From: Sulfuricellaceae bacterium
Lineage (GTDB): Bacteria; Pseudomonadota; Gammaproteobacteria; Burkholderiales; UBA9220
NCBI GenBank assembly: GCA_019911985.1
Contig: JAIOJO010000067.1
Coordinates: forward strand, 1-24,161
Length of the DNA: 24,161 nt
Reading direction: 5' to 3'
Shown here: one piece after another, positions 16,500 through 24,161 of the stretch
Numbering within the stretch: the stretch's first letter is position 1
Layout: every line of letters starts with the position of its first letter
The notes under the pieces: model-generated
The model's database searches: none
Seen by the model: only the letters and a program-made list of their open reading frames with translations
Told to the model about the DNA's origin: nothing
Made by a program: the position numbers and the translations under genes

Positions 16500-17921
16500 A
16501 TGGCAGTCAAGACCTACAACGCCGGTGTAAAAGAATACCGGCAAACCTATTGGACGCCGGAATACACCCCGCTGGATACCGACATCCTTGCCTGTTTCAA
16601 AATCACCCCGCAGCCTGGCGTGCCCCGCGAAGAAGTCGCTGCCGCCGTGGCTGCGGAATCTTCCACCGGCACCTGGACCACGGTGTGGACCGACTTGCTG
16701 ACCGACCTGGACTACTACAAGGGCCGCGCCTACCGCATCGAAGACGTGCCCGGCGATGATACCTGTTTTTACGCTTTCGTGGCCTACCCGATTGACTTGT
16801 TCGAAGAGGGCTCCGTGGTCAACGTGCTGACCTCGCTGGTGGGCAACGTGTTCGGCTTCAAGGCGCTGCGCGCGCTGCGCCTGGAAGACGTGCGCTTCCC
16901 GATCGCCTACGTGAAGACGTGCGGCGGGCCTCCCCAGGGCATCCAGGTCGAACGCGACAAGATGAACAAGTACGGCCGTCCGCTGCTGGGCTGCACCATC
17001 AAGCCCAAGCTGGGCCTTTCCGCCAAGAACTACGGCCGCGCCGTATACGAGTGCCTGCGCGGCGGCCTGGACTTCACCAAGGACGACGAGAACGTCAACA
17101 GCCAGCCGTTCATGCGTTGGCGCGATCGTTTCGAGTTCGTGCATGAAGCCATAATGAAAGCGCAGCGTGAAACCGGCGAGCGCAAGGGCCACTACCTGAA
17201 CGTAACCGCGCCGACCCCGGAGGAGATGTACAAGCGGGCCGAGTTCGCCAAGGAAATCGGCGCGCCCATCATCATGCACGACTACCTCACCGGCGGCTTG
17301 ACGGCCAACACCGGTCTGGCCAACTGGTGCCGTAACAACGGCATGCTGCTGCATATTCACCGCGCCATGCACGCCGTGCTCGACCGCAACCCGCACCACG
17401 GCATTCATTTCCGCGTCTTGACCAAGGTACTGCGTCTGTCCGGCGGCGACCACCTGCACTCCGGCACCGTGGTCGGCAAGCTGGAAGGCGACCGTGAAGC
17501 GACGCTGGGCTGGATCGATACCATGCGCGACGAGTTCATCAAGGAAGACCGCAGCCGCGGCCTGTTCTTCGACCAGGACTGGGGCTCCATGCCGGGCGTG
17601 ATGCCGGTCGCTTCCGGCGGCATTCACGTGTGGCACATGCCCGCGCTGGTGAACATTTTCGGCGACGATTCGGTGCTGCAGTTCGGCGGCGGCACGCTGG
17701 GCCACCCCTGGGGCAATGCCGCCGGCGCGGCGGCCAACCGCGTCGCGCTGGAAGCCTGCGTGGCGGCGCGCAACCAGGGCGTTGCCATCGAGAAGGAAGG
17801 CAAGGAGATTCTGACCAAGGCAGCCGCCAGCAGCCCGGAACTGAAAATCGCCATGGAAACGTGGAAGGAAATCAAGTTCGAGTTCGACACCGTCGACAAA
17901 CTGGACGTGGCGCATAAATAA
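16500..17921 (+). CDS. cbbL: RubisCO large subunit, form IA
   Basis: [14 protein letters not shown] catalytic motif, [27 protein letters not shown]; form IA-like termini. Confidence 0.99.
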   Translation: MAVKTYNAGVKEYRQTYWTPEYTPLDTDILACFKITPQPGVPREEVAAAVAAESSTGTWTTVWTDLLTDLDYYKGRAYRIEDVPGDDTCFYAFVAYPIDLFEEGSVVNVLTSLVGNVFGFKALRALRLEDVRFPIAYVKTCGGPPQGIQVERDKMNKYGRPLLGCTIKPKLGLSAKNYGRAVYECLRGGLDFTKDDENVNSQPFMRWRDRFEFVHEAIMKAQRETGERKGHYLNVTAPTPEEMYKRAEFAKEIGAPIIMHDYLTGGLTANTGLANWCRNNGMLLHIHRAMHAVLDRNPHHGIHFRVLTKVLRLSGGDHLHSGTVVGKLEGDREATLGWIDTMRDEFIKEDRSRGLFFDQDWGSMPGVMPVASGGIHVWHMPALVNIFGDDSVLQFGGGTLGHPWGNAAGAAANRVALEACVAARNQGVAIEKEGKEILTKAAASSPELKIAMETWKEIKFEFDTVDKLDVAHK

Positions 17922-17926
17922 GCAAT

Positions 17927-18023
17927 GTAGGGTGGGTTAGCCGCGTAGCGGCGTAACCCACCGGAAAAATGGCGGGTTACGGCCTTGCGGCCCTTGTCCC
18001 CGAATGGGGGTAACCCACCCTAC
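17927..18023. repeat. BIME 1: inverted pair of GTAG-family REPs
   Basis: GTAGGGTGGGTTA...TAACCCACC and its inverse ending AACCCACCCTAC. Confidence 0.85.
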
Positions 18024-18044
18024 GACTACCTAAGGAGTTTTCAA

Positions 18045-18401
18045 ATGAGTGAAGTAATGGATTACAAATCTCGCCTGTCCGACCCGGCCAGCCGCAAGTT
18101 CGAGACTTTTTCCTACTTGCCGGCGATGGCGGCGGACGAGATCAAAAAGCAAGTGGAGTACCTGGTATCGAAGGGCTGGAACCCGGCCATCGAGCACGTC
18201 GAGCCGGAACATCTGATGGATTCCTACTGGTATATGTGGAAGTTGCCGATGTTCGGCGAAACCGACGTCAGCAAGGTGCTGACCGAAGCGGAAGCCTGCC
18301 ACAAGGCCAATCCCAACAACCACGTGCGCCTGATCGGGTATAACAACTTCAATCAGTCGCAAGGCGCGGCGATGGTGATTTTCCGCGGCAAGACCGTTTG
18401 A
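18045..18401 (+). CDS. cbbS: RubisCO small subunit
   Basis: [28 protein letters not shown]; AAGGAG RBS before ATG 18045. Confidence 0.98.
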   Translation: MSEVMDYKSRLSDPASRKFETFSYLPAMAADEIKKQVEYLVSKGWNPAIEHVEPEHLMDSYWYMWKLPMFGETDVSKVLTEAEACHKANPNNHVRLIGYNNFNQSQGAAMVIFRGKTV

Positions 18402-18416
18402 GTCGAGCCAGTCCCT

Positions 18417-18550
18417 GTAGGGTGGGTTAGCGCAGCGGTGCGTGGTTGTTGTCGCTTTAGCGGCATTACAACCACGGCCTACCCCTTACGGGTATAGCCC
18501 ACCGCACCATCAGAACGGTGGGTTACGGCCTCCGGCCTAGCCCACCCTAC
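18417..18550. repeat. BIME 2 with a nested second-family REP
   Basis: Same GTAG REP pair; the first REP is interrupted by a 57-nt insert (18438-18494). Confidence 0.85.
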
Positions 18551-18571
18551 CTATTCTGAGGAATGACCGTC

Positions 18572-19375
18572 ATGAGCGACATCATCCAGCAGTACCGTAT
18601 CGAAAAAGAACCCTATTACCGCCCCGTCTCGGACGAGGTGGAATTGTACGAAGCCGCCTACGGCGTGCGCATGCCGATGATGCTGAAAGGCCCGACCGGC
18701 TGCGGCAAGACCCGCTTCATCGAGCACATGGCGTGGAGGCTAGGCAAGCCGCTAATTACGGTGGCTTGCAACGAGGACATGACCGCTTCCGACCTGGTCG
18801 GGCGCTTCCTGCTCGACGCCAACGGCACGCGCTGGCAGGACGGCCCGCTCGCCATCGCCGCCCGCTACGGCGCGATCTGCTACCTGGACGAAGTGGTGGA
18901 AGCGCGCCAGGACACCACCGTGGTAATCCACCCGCTGACCGACAACCGCCGCGTTCTGCCGCTGGAAAAGAAGGGCGAACTGGTGCACGCCCACCCCGAT
19001 TTCCAACTGGTGATTTCCTACAACCCGGGCTACCAGAGCCTGATGAAGGATTTGAAACAGTCCACCAAGCAGCGTTTCGGCGGGCTCGATTTCAACTATC
19101 CCGAGCATGCCGTCGAAACCGAGATCGTCGCCCATGAAACCGGCGTCGACGCGGAGGTCTCCGGCAAGCTGGTGTCCATTGCGGAACGCGCGCGCAACCT
19201 CAAGGGGCACGGGCTGGACGAAGGCATCTCGACGCGCATGCTGATTTACGCCGGCAGCCTCATCGCCACCGGAGTCGATCCGGTCAAGGCGTGCCGCGTG
19301 GCCCTGGTGCGTCCGATAACCGACGATCCCGACATGCGCGATGCGCTCGACGCGGCGGTCACCACGTTCTTTTGA
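18572..19375 (+). CDS. cbbQ: RubisCO activase AAA+ subunit CbbQ (MoxR/NirQ family)
   Basis: Walker A GPTGCGKT, Walker [13 protein letters not shown]. Start 18572 fits RBS spacing (alternative 18563). Confidence 0.97.
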   Translation: MSDIIQQYRIEKEPYYRPVSDEVELYEAAYGVRMPMMLKGPTGCGKTRFIEHMAWRLGKPLITVACNEDMTASDLVGRFLLDANGTRWQDGPLAIAARYGAICYLDEVVEARQDTTVVIHPLTDNRRVLPLEKKGELVHAHPDFQLVISYNPGYQSLMKDLKQSTKQRFGGLDFNYPEHAVETEIVAHETGVDAEVSGKLVSIAERARNLKGHGLDEGISTRMLIYAGSLIATGVDPVKACRVALVRPITDDPDMRDALDAAVTTFF

Positions 19376-19378
19376 TAT

Positions 19379-19452
19379 GTAGGGCGGATTAGCGCAGCGT
19401 AATCCGCCGAATGGATGGTGGATTACGCCGCTGTGCGGCTAATCCACCCTAC
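19379..19452. repeat. BIME 3: inverted pair of GTAG-family REPs
   Basis: GTAGGGCGGATTAGCGCAGCGTAATCCGCC and inverse ending TAATCCACCCTAC. Confidence 0.85.
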
Positions 19453-19465
19453 TTGAGGGCTAACC

Positions 19466-21856
19466 ATGTCGATCAATCTAGAAGACTACCGGGAACTGAC
19501 AAGCTCGCTTTCCCCGGAACTGCAGGAAAGCCTGCATTCCGCGTGGTTGGAAGCCGCCAAGGTTTTCAGCGCGCGCGGCCTGGACAATTACCTCAAGGGC
19601 GCCGCCGCGCTGAAGAGCTTGGGCAAGGGCGACGGCCTGGTCGCCACCTGGATAGACCATGCGCCGCTGGTGGCCAAGGAGATCGGCGAGGACGCCGTGC
19701 CGGATTTGGTGCAAACTGCATTGTCGCTGGCCTCCAAGACCTCGGGCGGGGTCATCGAACTGGTGCTTAGCACCGCGCCCACGGCGGCCAACCGTCTCGG
19801 CGACGAGCATTTGTTCGGCGCCTACCTGCAATTTCTCAACACCCTATTGTCCCAGGCGCCGCGCGGCGTGCGCCCGATGCTGGAAAACTTGGAGACGCTG
19901 TTCAGCCAGCTCACGCTGGGCGGCCTGCGCCGCTGGGCGCTGTGGGGCGCCCATGCCCATCGCACCGATTACCCGGAACAGGCCAGCTACTTCAGCCTGC
20001 AATCCAAGGAATCGCTGGCGATGCTGCAGAAGGAGCGCAAGGGCACGCTGTTCGTCGACGTGCAGCGCCGCATCAACATGTATCTGCGCGCCTTGTGGGC
20101 GCGGGACTTTTTCATGAAGCCGACATCCGGCGACTTCGAGACGCGGGAAGGCTACCGGCCTTATGTGGAGGGCTATTTCATCCACCTGCCCGACGCTTAC
20201 GATGATTTCATTCCCCCCGCAGGGGGGCATTCGGCCCCTCTCCCGCTCGCGGGAGAGGGTTCGGGAGAGGGAATGCGCATCTCCGGCGTGGAGCTTTATC
20301 GCGCCGCCGCCGCCCATAGCGCCGCCCATATCGTTTACACCCGCGACCCGATCTCGGCCGAGGCGCTCAATCCATGGCAGATGGCGGTGATCGGCGTAAT
20401 CGAGGACGCCCGCGTGGAAACCCTGGCGGTGCGCAAGTTTCCGGGCCTGAAGCAGCTTTGGGCCGCTTTGCACACGATAGAGGCGGATCGGGACAAGTCG
20501 GCGGGGGATTACCTCAACCGCTTGGCGCGCGCGCTGCTGGACGGCAACTACCGCGACGACGACCCGTGGATCGCCCAGGCACGGCTGCTGTTCAAGCAGG
20601 CGGCGGAGCGCCTCGACAGCAATCAGGTATCCTGGGACATCGGAGTGCAACTGGCGCATGAATTCATGAGCAAGCGTATCCCGTTCAATCCGCGCAGCGA
20701 CTTGCTCAGCGCGCCTTACCGTGACGACAACCGCTATTTCTGGGAATTCGAGGAGTTCGATTTCGACCGGGCCATGGCGGCGGGTTACGAGGCGCCTAAG
20801 CAGGTGCGCAAGCACGTCAGCCTGATGGAGTTCGCCAACGAAATCGAGGTCGAAACCGCCGGCGACGACGCGGAAGAAATCTGGGTGCTGGGCACGGAGC
20901 TCTTCCCCTACGAGGACATGGGCAAGTCCTTCAACGAGCTGGAAGGCCGGGAGCCGGTTTCCGAGCCTTATCATTACGCGGAGTGGGATTACCAGATCCA
21001 GCTCGAACGCCCGGCCTGGGCCACCGTGCTGGAGAAGCGACCGAAAGCCGGCGATTTGCAGCTCATCGACGACATCGCCGCGCAGCACAAGCGCACCATC
21101 GGCCGCCTCAAATTCCTGCTCGATGCCTTGCAGCCCCAGGGCGTCACGCGCATCCGCAAGCTCGAAGACGGCGACGAAGTGGACGTCAACGCCGCCATCC
21201 GCGCCATGATCGACATCCGCATGGGGCAGCAGCCCGACCCGCGCATCATGATGCGCTCGGTGCGCAAGGTGCGCGATATTTCGGTGATGGTACTGCTGGA
21301 CCTGTCGGAGTCCACCAACGAGAAAGTGAGCGGGCAGGACTACAGCGTGCTCGACCTGCAGCGCCAAGCCACCGTGCTGCTGGCGGATGCGATTCACAGG
21401 ATCGGCGACCCCTTCGCGATCCACGGTTTCTGCTCGGACGGGCGCCACAATGTCGAATACTCCCGCTTCAAGGATTTCGACCAACCCTACAACGAAGTGC
21501 CGAAGTCCCGCCTGGCGGGCATGAGCGGCCAGCTTTCCACGCGCATGGGCGCGGCCATCCGCCATGCCGGGCATTATCTGAAGTTGCAGAAATCGGCCAA
21601 AAAGCTGCTGCTGGTGATCACCGACGGCGAACCGGCCGACGTGGATGTGCGCGATCCGCAGTATCTGCGTTACGATACCAAGAAAGCGGTGGAGGAAATG
21701 GCCCGTTGCGGCGTGACCACTTTCTGCATGTCGCTCGATCCGCGAGCGGATCAATACGTTTCCCGGATTTTCGGGGCCAAGAACTACATGGTGGTAGACC
21801 ATGTGGAACGCCTGCCGGAGAAATTGCCGGTACTTTATGCGGGACTGACACGATGA
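19466..21856 (+). CDS. cbbO: RubisCO activation adaptor CbbO (VWA domain)
   Basis: C-terminal VWA with MIDAS DLSES, STRMGAAIRHA, ITDGEP; follows cbbQ. Confidence 0.96.
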   Translation: MSINLEDYRELTSSLSPELQESLHSAWLEAAKVFSARGLDNYLKGAAALKSLGKGDGLVATWIDHAPLVAKEIGEDAVPDLVQTALSLASKTSGGVIELVLSTAPTAANRLGDEHLFGAYLQFLNTLLSQAPRGVRPMLENLETLFSQLTLGGLRRWALWGAHAHRTDYPEQASYFSLQSKESLAMLQKERKGTLFVDVQRRINMYLRALWARDFFMKPTSGDFETREGYRPYVEGYFIHLPDAYDDFIPPAGGHSAPLPLAGEGSGEGMRISGVELYRAAAAHSAAHIVYTRDPISAEALNPWQMAVIGVIEDARVETLAVRKFPGLKQLWAALHTIEADRDKSAGDYLNRLARALLDGNYRDDDPWIAQARLLFKQAAERLDSNQVSWDIGVQLAHEFMSKRIPFNPRSDLLSAPYRDDNRYFWEFEEFDFDRAMAAGYEAPKQVRKHVSLMEFANEIEVETAGDDAEEIWVLGTELFPYEDMGKSFNELEGREPVSEPYHYAEWDYQIQLERPAWATVLEKRPKAGDLQLIDDIAAQHKRTIGRLKFLLDALQPQGVTRIRKLEDGDEVDVNAAIRAMIDIRMGQQPDPRIMMRSVRKVRDISVMVLLDLSESTNEKVSGQDYSVLDLQRQATVLLADAIHRIGDPFAIHGFCSDGRHNVEYSRFKDFDQPYNEVPKSRLAGMSGQLSTRMGAAIRHAGHYLKLQKSAKKLLLVITDGEPADVDVRDPQYLRYDTKKAVEEMARCGVTTFCMSLDPRADQYVSRIFGAKNYMVVDHVERLPEKLPVLYAGLTR
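20210..20272. repeat. Palindromic repeat inside the cbbO reading frame
   Basis: CCCCCC-GCA-GGGGGG plus CCCTCTCCCGC-TC-GCGGGAGAGGG plus a further GGGAGAGGG. Confidence 0.7.
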
Positions 21857-22155
21857 CTCAACAAACTTATGCCGGTGTAGACCGGGATACCCACGCCGGC
21901 CTGACCCATCTCGGACGCCTGGTGCGCGACGCCTGGGTATTCGGCCTGCTGCCCGAAACGGAAACCTGCGTGGGCTGGGACTCCGCGCGCATGCAGAACT
22001 TGTACGAGCAAGTCTATGCCGCCTGGGAACCCTATGCGCATCTGCCCAGCCGGCTGCCGGACGACCTGCGCGAGCGGCATGCCCGGTTTTATGCGCTAGC
22101 CATCGCGGCCGCGCGCGGCGAGGGTTGGGACCCGGAACTGGGCGAGGACGAATAA
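21853..22155 (+). CDS. Hypothetical protein coupled to cbbO (100 aa)
   Basis: ATGA overlap with the cbbO stop; globular-looking composition; acidic C-terminus. Confidence 0.82.
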   Translation: MTQQTYAGVDRDTHAGLTHLGRLVRDAWVFGLLPETETCVGWDSARMQNLYEQVYAAWEPYAHLPSRLPDDLRERHARFYALAIAAARGEGWDPELGEDE

Positions 22156-22162
22156 ACCCGGA

Positions 22163-22573
22163 TTATCGGCGCTCGGGAGCCGGAAACTTGAGCACCCGCG
22201 CCGGGCCGTCGAAGCGCCCCTTCGCGGCCAGAGCGTTCAGCGCGCGGGGCAGTTCCGCCTGCAGGCGCGCCATCAGGCCGGCGGCGGACGCCTGGTAGTA
22301 AACCGCCTCGTAGGCTACCGCGTCGTCCAGGGCGGTGCGATCCTGGGGCTTGAAGTTGCGCCAGGCGATATCGATCCAGCATTTGCGCGGGCCGTCGAGG
22401 AACACGAATTCCTCCGCATCGAGAATCGCCAGGTACTGCATGGCGCGGATCGGGACGAAGAGGCAGCCGGAAGCGCTGCGCGACAGCAGCGCATGCGCCA
22501 GATTATAGGTCGCGGCAGGCAAGAAACGGAGCTCGCGCGCCGTTTCGGGATCGCGATAGCAGGTGATTTCCAT
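22163..22573 (-). CDS. Hypothetical protein (136 aa)
   Basis: CAGGAG RBS before ATG 22573; convergent with the previous gene, divergent from the aldolase. Confidence 0.8.
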   Translation of the reverse strand: MEITCYRDPETARELRFLPAATYNLAHALLSRSASGCLFVPIRAMQYLAILDAEEFVFLDGPRKCWIDIAWRNFKPQDRTALDDAVAYEAVYYQASAAGLMARLQAELPRALNALAAKGRFDGPARVLKFPAPERR

Positions 22574-22726
22574 GCGCACTCCTGGAATTGTGGACGGGTT
22601 GCAATAATTATCCATGCTTTGCCCGACCTTGAGGAGGCGCGGGACGAAAAAACCAGTGCGGGCCTTCGAGCGGCATCGCGCACCGGCACCAGACGCATCA
22701 ACCGGATAAGGACGAAAGAACTCATC

Positions 22727-23950
22727 ATGCCCTTGGTACACATGAACGACATGTTGCATCACGCCTACCGCCACAACTACGCGGTGGGAGCTTTCGGCGT
22801 GGACAATCTGGACTTTCTGGAAGGCGTCATGCAGGCCGCGGAAAACTGCCGTGCGCCGGTGATTCTGAATCTGATCGAATCGCATTTCGGTCATTACGAT
22901 TTCGAGTTATTGATGCCCTCCGTCGTCGCGGCGGCACGCCGCGCCGCCGTGCCGGTGGCGATCAACTTCGATCACGGCACCAGCCTCGTATCCGCCGAAC
23001 ATGCCATCCGCGCCGGCTGCAACGGCGTGATGGTGGACACCTCGGCGCTGCCTTTCTCGGAAAACCTGCGGGAAACCCGCGACATCGCCGCCATGGCCCA
23101 CGCCTGCGGCGTCACGGTGGAGGGGGAATTGGGCTACGTGCCGGGCGTCGAGGGGGATAGCGCAGAGGAGCACCCCGGCGAACTGGCCTATACTTCGGCC
23201 GCCGAGGCCAAGGCTTATGTCGATCGCGCCGGCGTGGACTGCCTCGCGGTTTCAGTCGGCACCGTGCACGGACGGATGCGCGGCACGCCGAAACTGGACT
23301 ACGCCCGGCTGGCAAAAATCAACGAGGCGGTCGGGGTGCCGCTGGTGATCCACGGCGGAACCGGCCTGTCCGACGACCAGTTCCGGCGGCTGATCGCCAA
23401 CGGCGTGGCCAAGATCAACTACTACACGGCCCTGGCCGACGCGGCCGGACGCCGCGTCAGGGAAAATGCCGCCGTCGACCGGAAGGGCGGCCATGGCGCC
23501 TTGCTGGCGGGTGTCCGCGATGCGGTGCGGGTGGAGGCCGAGCATTGCATCCGTCTTTGGGGCAGCGGCGGGCGGGCGGCTGAAGTGCTGGCGCAATGCC
23601 GCCCCTGGCAGGAGGTGGAGCACGTGGTCTTCTACAATGTCCCCTCGGAACTGTCTGAAAGCGAAGTCGCCGCGATCATGCGCGAGGGCAAGGAATCCCT
23701 GAAATCTATTCCCGGCGTGCGCTCCATCCGCACCGGCCGGGCTATCCAGCCGGACGGGAAGTACCGTTACTGCTGGTTGATCGGACTGTCCAGCCCAGCC
23801 GCCGTCGAGGTTTACCGCAACCACCCGGCGCATCAGCGTTTTGCCAACAAGGTGTTCCGGCCTGCCGCCGCCGACCGGATTACGCTGGATTTCGAGGAGA
23901 TCGAACCGCAGCGGACCCTGCTTGCTACGTTGCCGGTAAGCGGCTTCTAG
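22727..23950 (+). CDS. fba: Class II fructose-bisphosphate aldolase-family protein fused to a C-terminal Dabb domain
   Basis: YAVGAF, DHG, VEGELG, GTVHG, VIHGGTG, KIN aldolase motifs; C-terminal ~100 aa with EHVV, IPGV and YRNHPAH Dabb pattern. AAGGA upstream of ATG 22727. Confidence 0.88.
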   Translation: MPLVHMNDMLHHAYRHNYAVGAFGVDNLDFLEGVMQAAENCRAPVILNLIESHFGHYDFELLMPSVVAAARRAAVPVAINFDHGTSLVSAEHAIRAGCNGVMVDTSALPFSENLRETRDIAAMAHACGVTVEGELGYVPGVEGDSAEEHPGELAYTSAAEAKAYVDRAGVDCLAVSVGTVHGRMRGTPKLDYARLAKINEAVGVPLVIHGGTGLSDDQFRRLIANGVAKINYYTALADAAGRRVRENAAVDRKGGHGALLAGVRDAVRVEAEHCIRLWGSGGRAAEVLAQCRPWQEVEHVVFYNVPSELSESEVAAIMREGKESLKSIPGVRSIRTGRAIQPDGKYRYCWLIGLSSPAAVEVYRNHPAHQRFANKVFRPAAADRITLDFEEIEPQRTLLATLPVSGF

Positions 23951-23956
23951 GATTTA

Positions 23957-24161
23957 AGGAGCCTCTGATTAAGTCGCACGGGGTCGCGACGGGGTTTTGC
24001 GGGAGGCCGGGCACGAAGCGGGGCGCGCGGTGTGGTCATTCCACACAAGCGTCGAGCGACACCGCCCGGCGCCCGCAAAACCCCGTCCCGTAAGGGTTGT
24101 GTCAAAAGCCGGCGTCTGCGGCGTTGCGCTCCTTGGCATCGTAGGCTGGCTACGACCGGCG
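23957..24161. repeat. MITE-like composite palindrome, truncated by the window end
   Basis: 16-bp perfect inverted repeat GACGGGGTTTTGCGGG (23988-24003)/CCCGCAAAACCCCGTC (24072-24087) with inner stems; no ORF. Confidence 0.6.

Noticed and set aside
16455-17915. 486-aa minus-strand ORF
   Set aside because: Antisense shadow of cbbL, expected from GC-rich codon bias; no motifs.
17927-19452. Recurring ~30-bp palindromes as a possible CRISPR array
   Set aside because: Inverted pairs separated by whole genes; GTAG REP architecture.
19844-21802. 652-aa minus-strand ORF
   Set aside because: Antisense shadow of cbbO.
20983-21852. Long N-terminal extension of the ORF ending at 22155
   Set aside because: Overlaps cbbO in another frame and is low-complexity Arg/Pro/Ala; the real start is the ATGA overlap at 21853.
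22493-22894. Overlapping extensions of the aldolase and the minus-strand ORF
   Set aside because: RBS-backed starts at 22727 (+) and 22573 (-) remove the overlap, and the aldolase motifs begin at 22727.

Overview
Betaproteobacterial chemolithoautotroph-type chromosome segment in three parts. (1) 1-7774: conserved housekeeping block tatABC, DegS-like protease, Nif3, petABC, sspAB, tRNA-Thr(TGT). (2) 7756-15298: a ~7.5 kb element integrated in the tRNA 3' end. It has a P4-family integrase, AlpA, a Toprim primase plus DUF3987/YfjI helicase-like pair, an iteron-like origin, a cos-like motif, a candidate cloverleaf RNA and a four-gene unknown module. All its genes lie on the + strand, and no capsid, terminase, repressor or conjugation gene is recognisable. 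It reads as a minimal phage satellite and is the best candidate for an undescribed system. (3) 15382-24161: form IA RubisCO cluster (cbbR, cbbLSQO, two unknown genes, class II aldolase-Dabb fusion) carrying GTAG-family REP/BIME repeats, one palindromic repeat inside the cbbO reading frame, and a truncated MITE-like palindrome at the right edge. Family calls come from motif recognition only; no database search was run.
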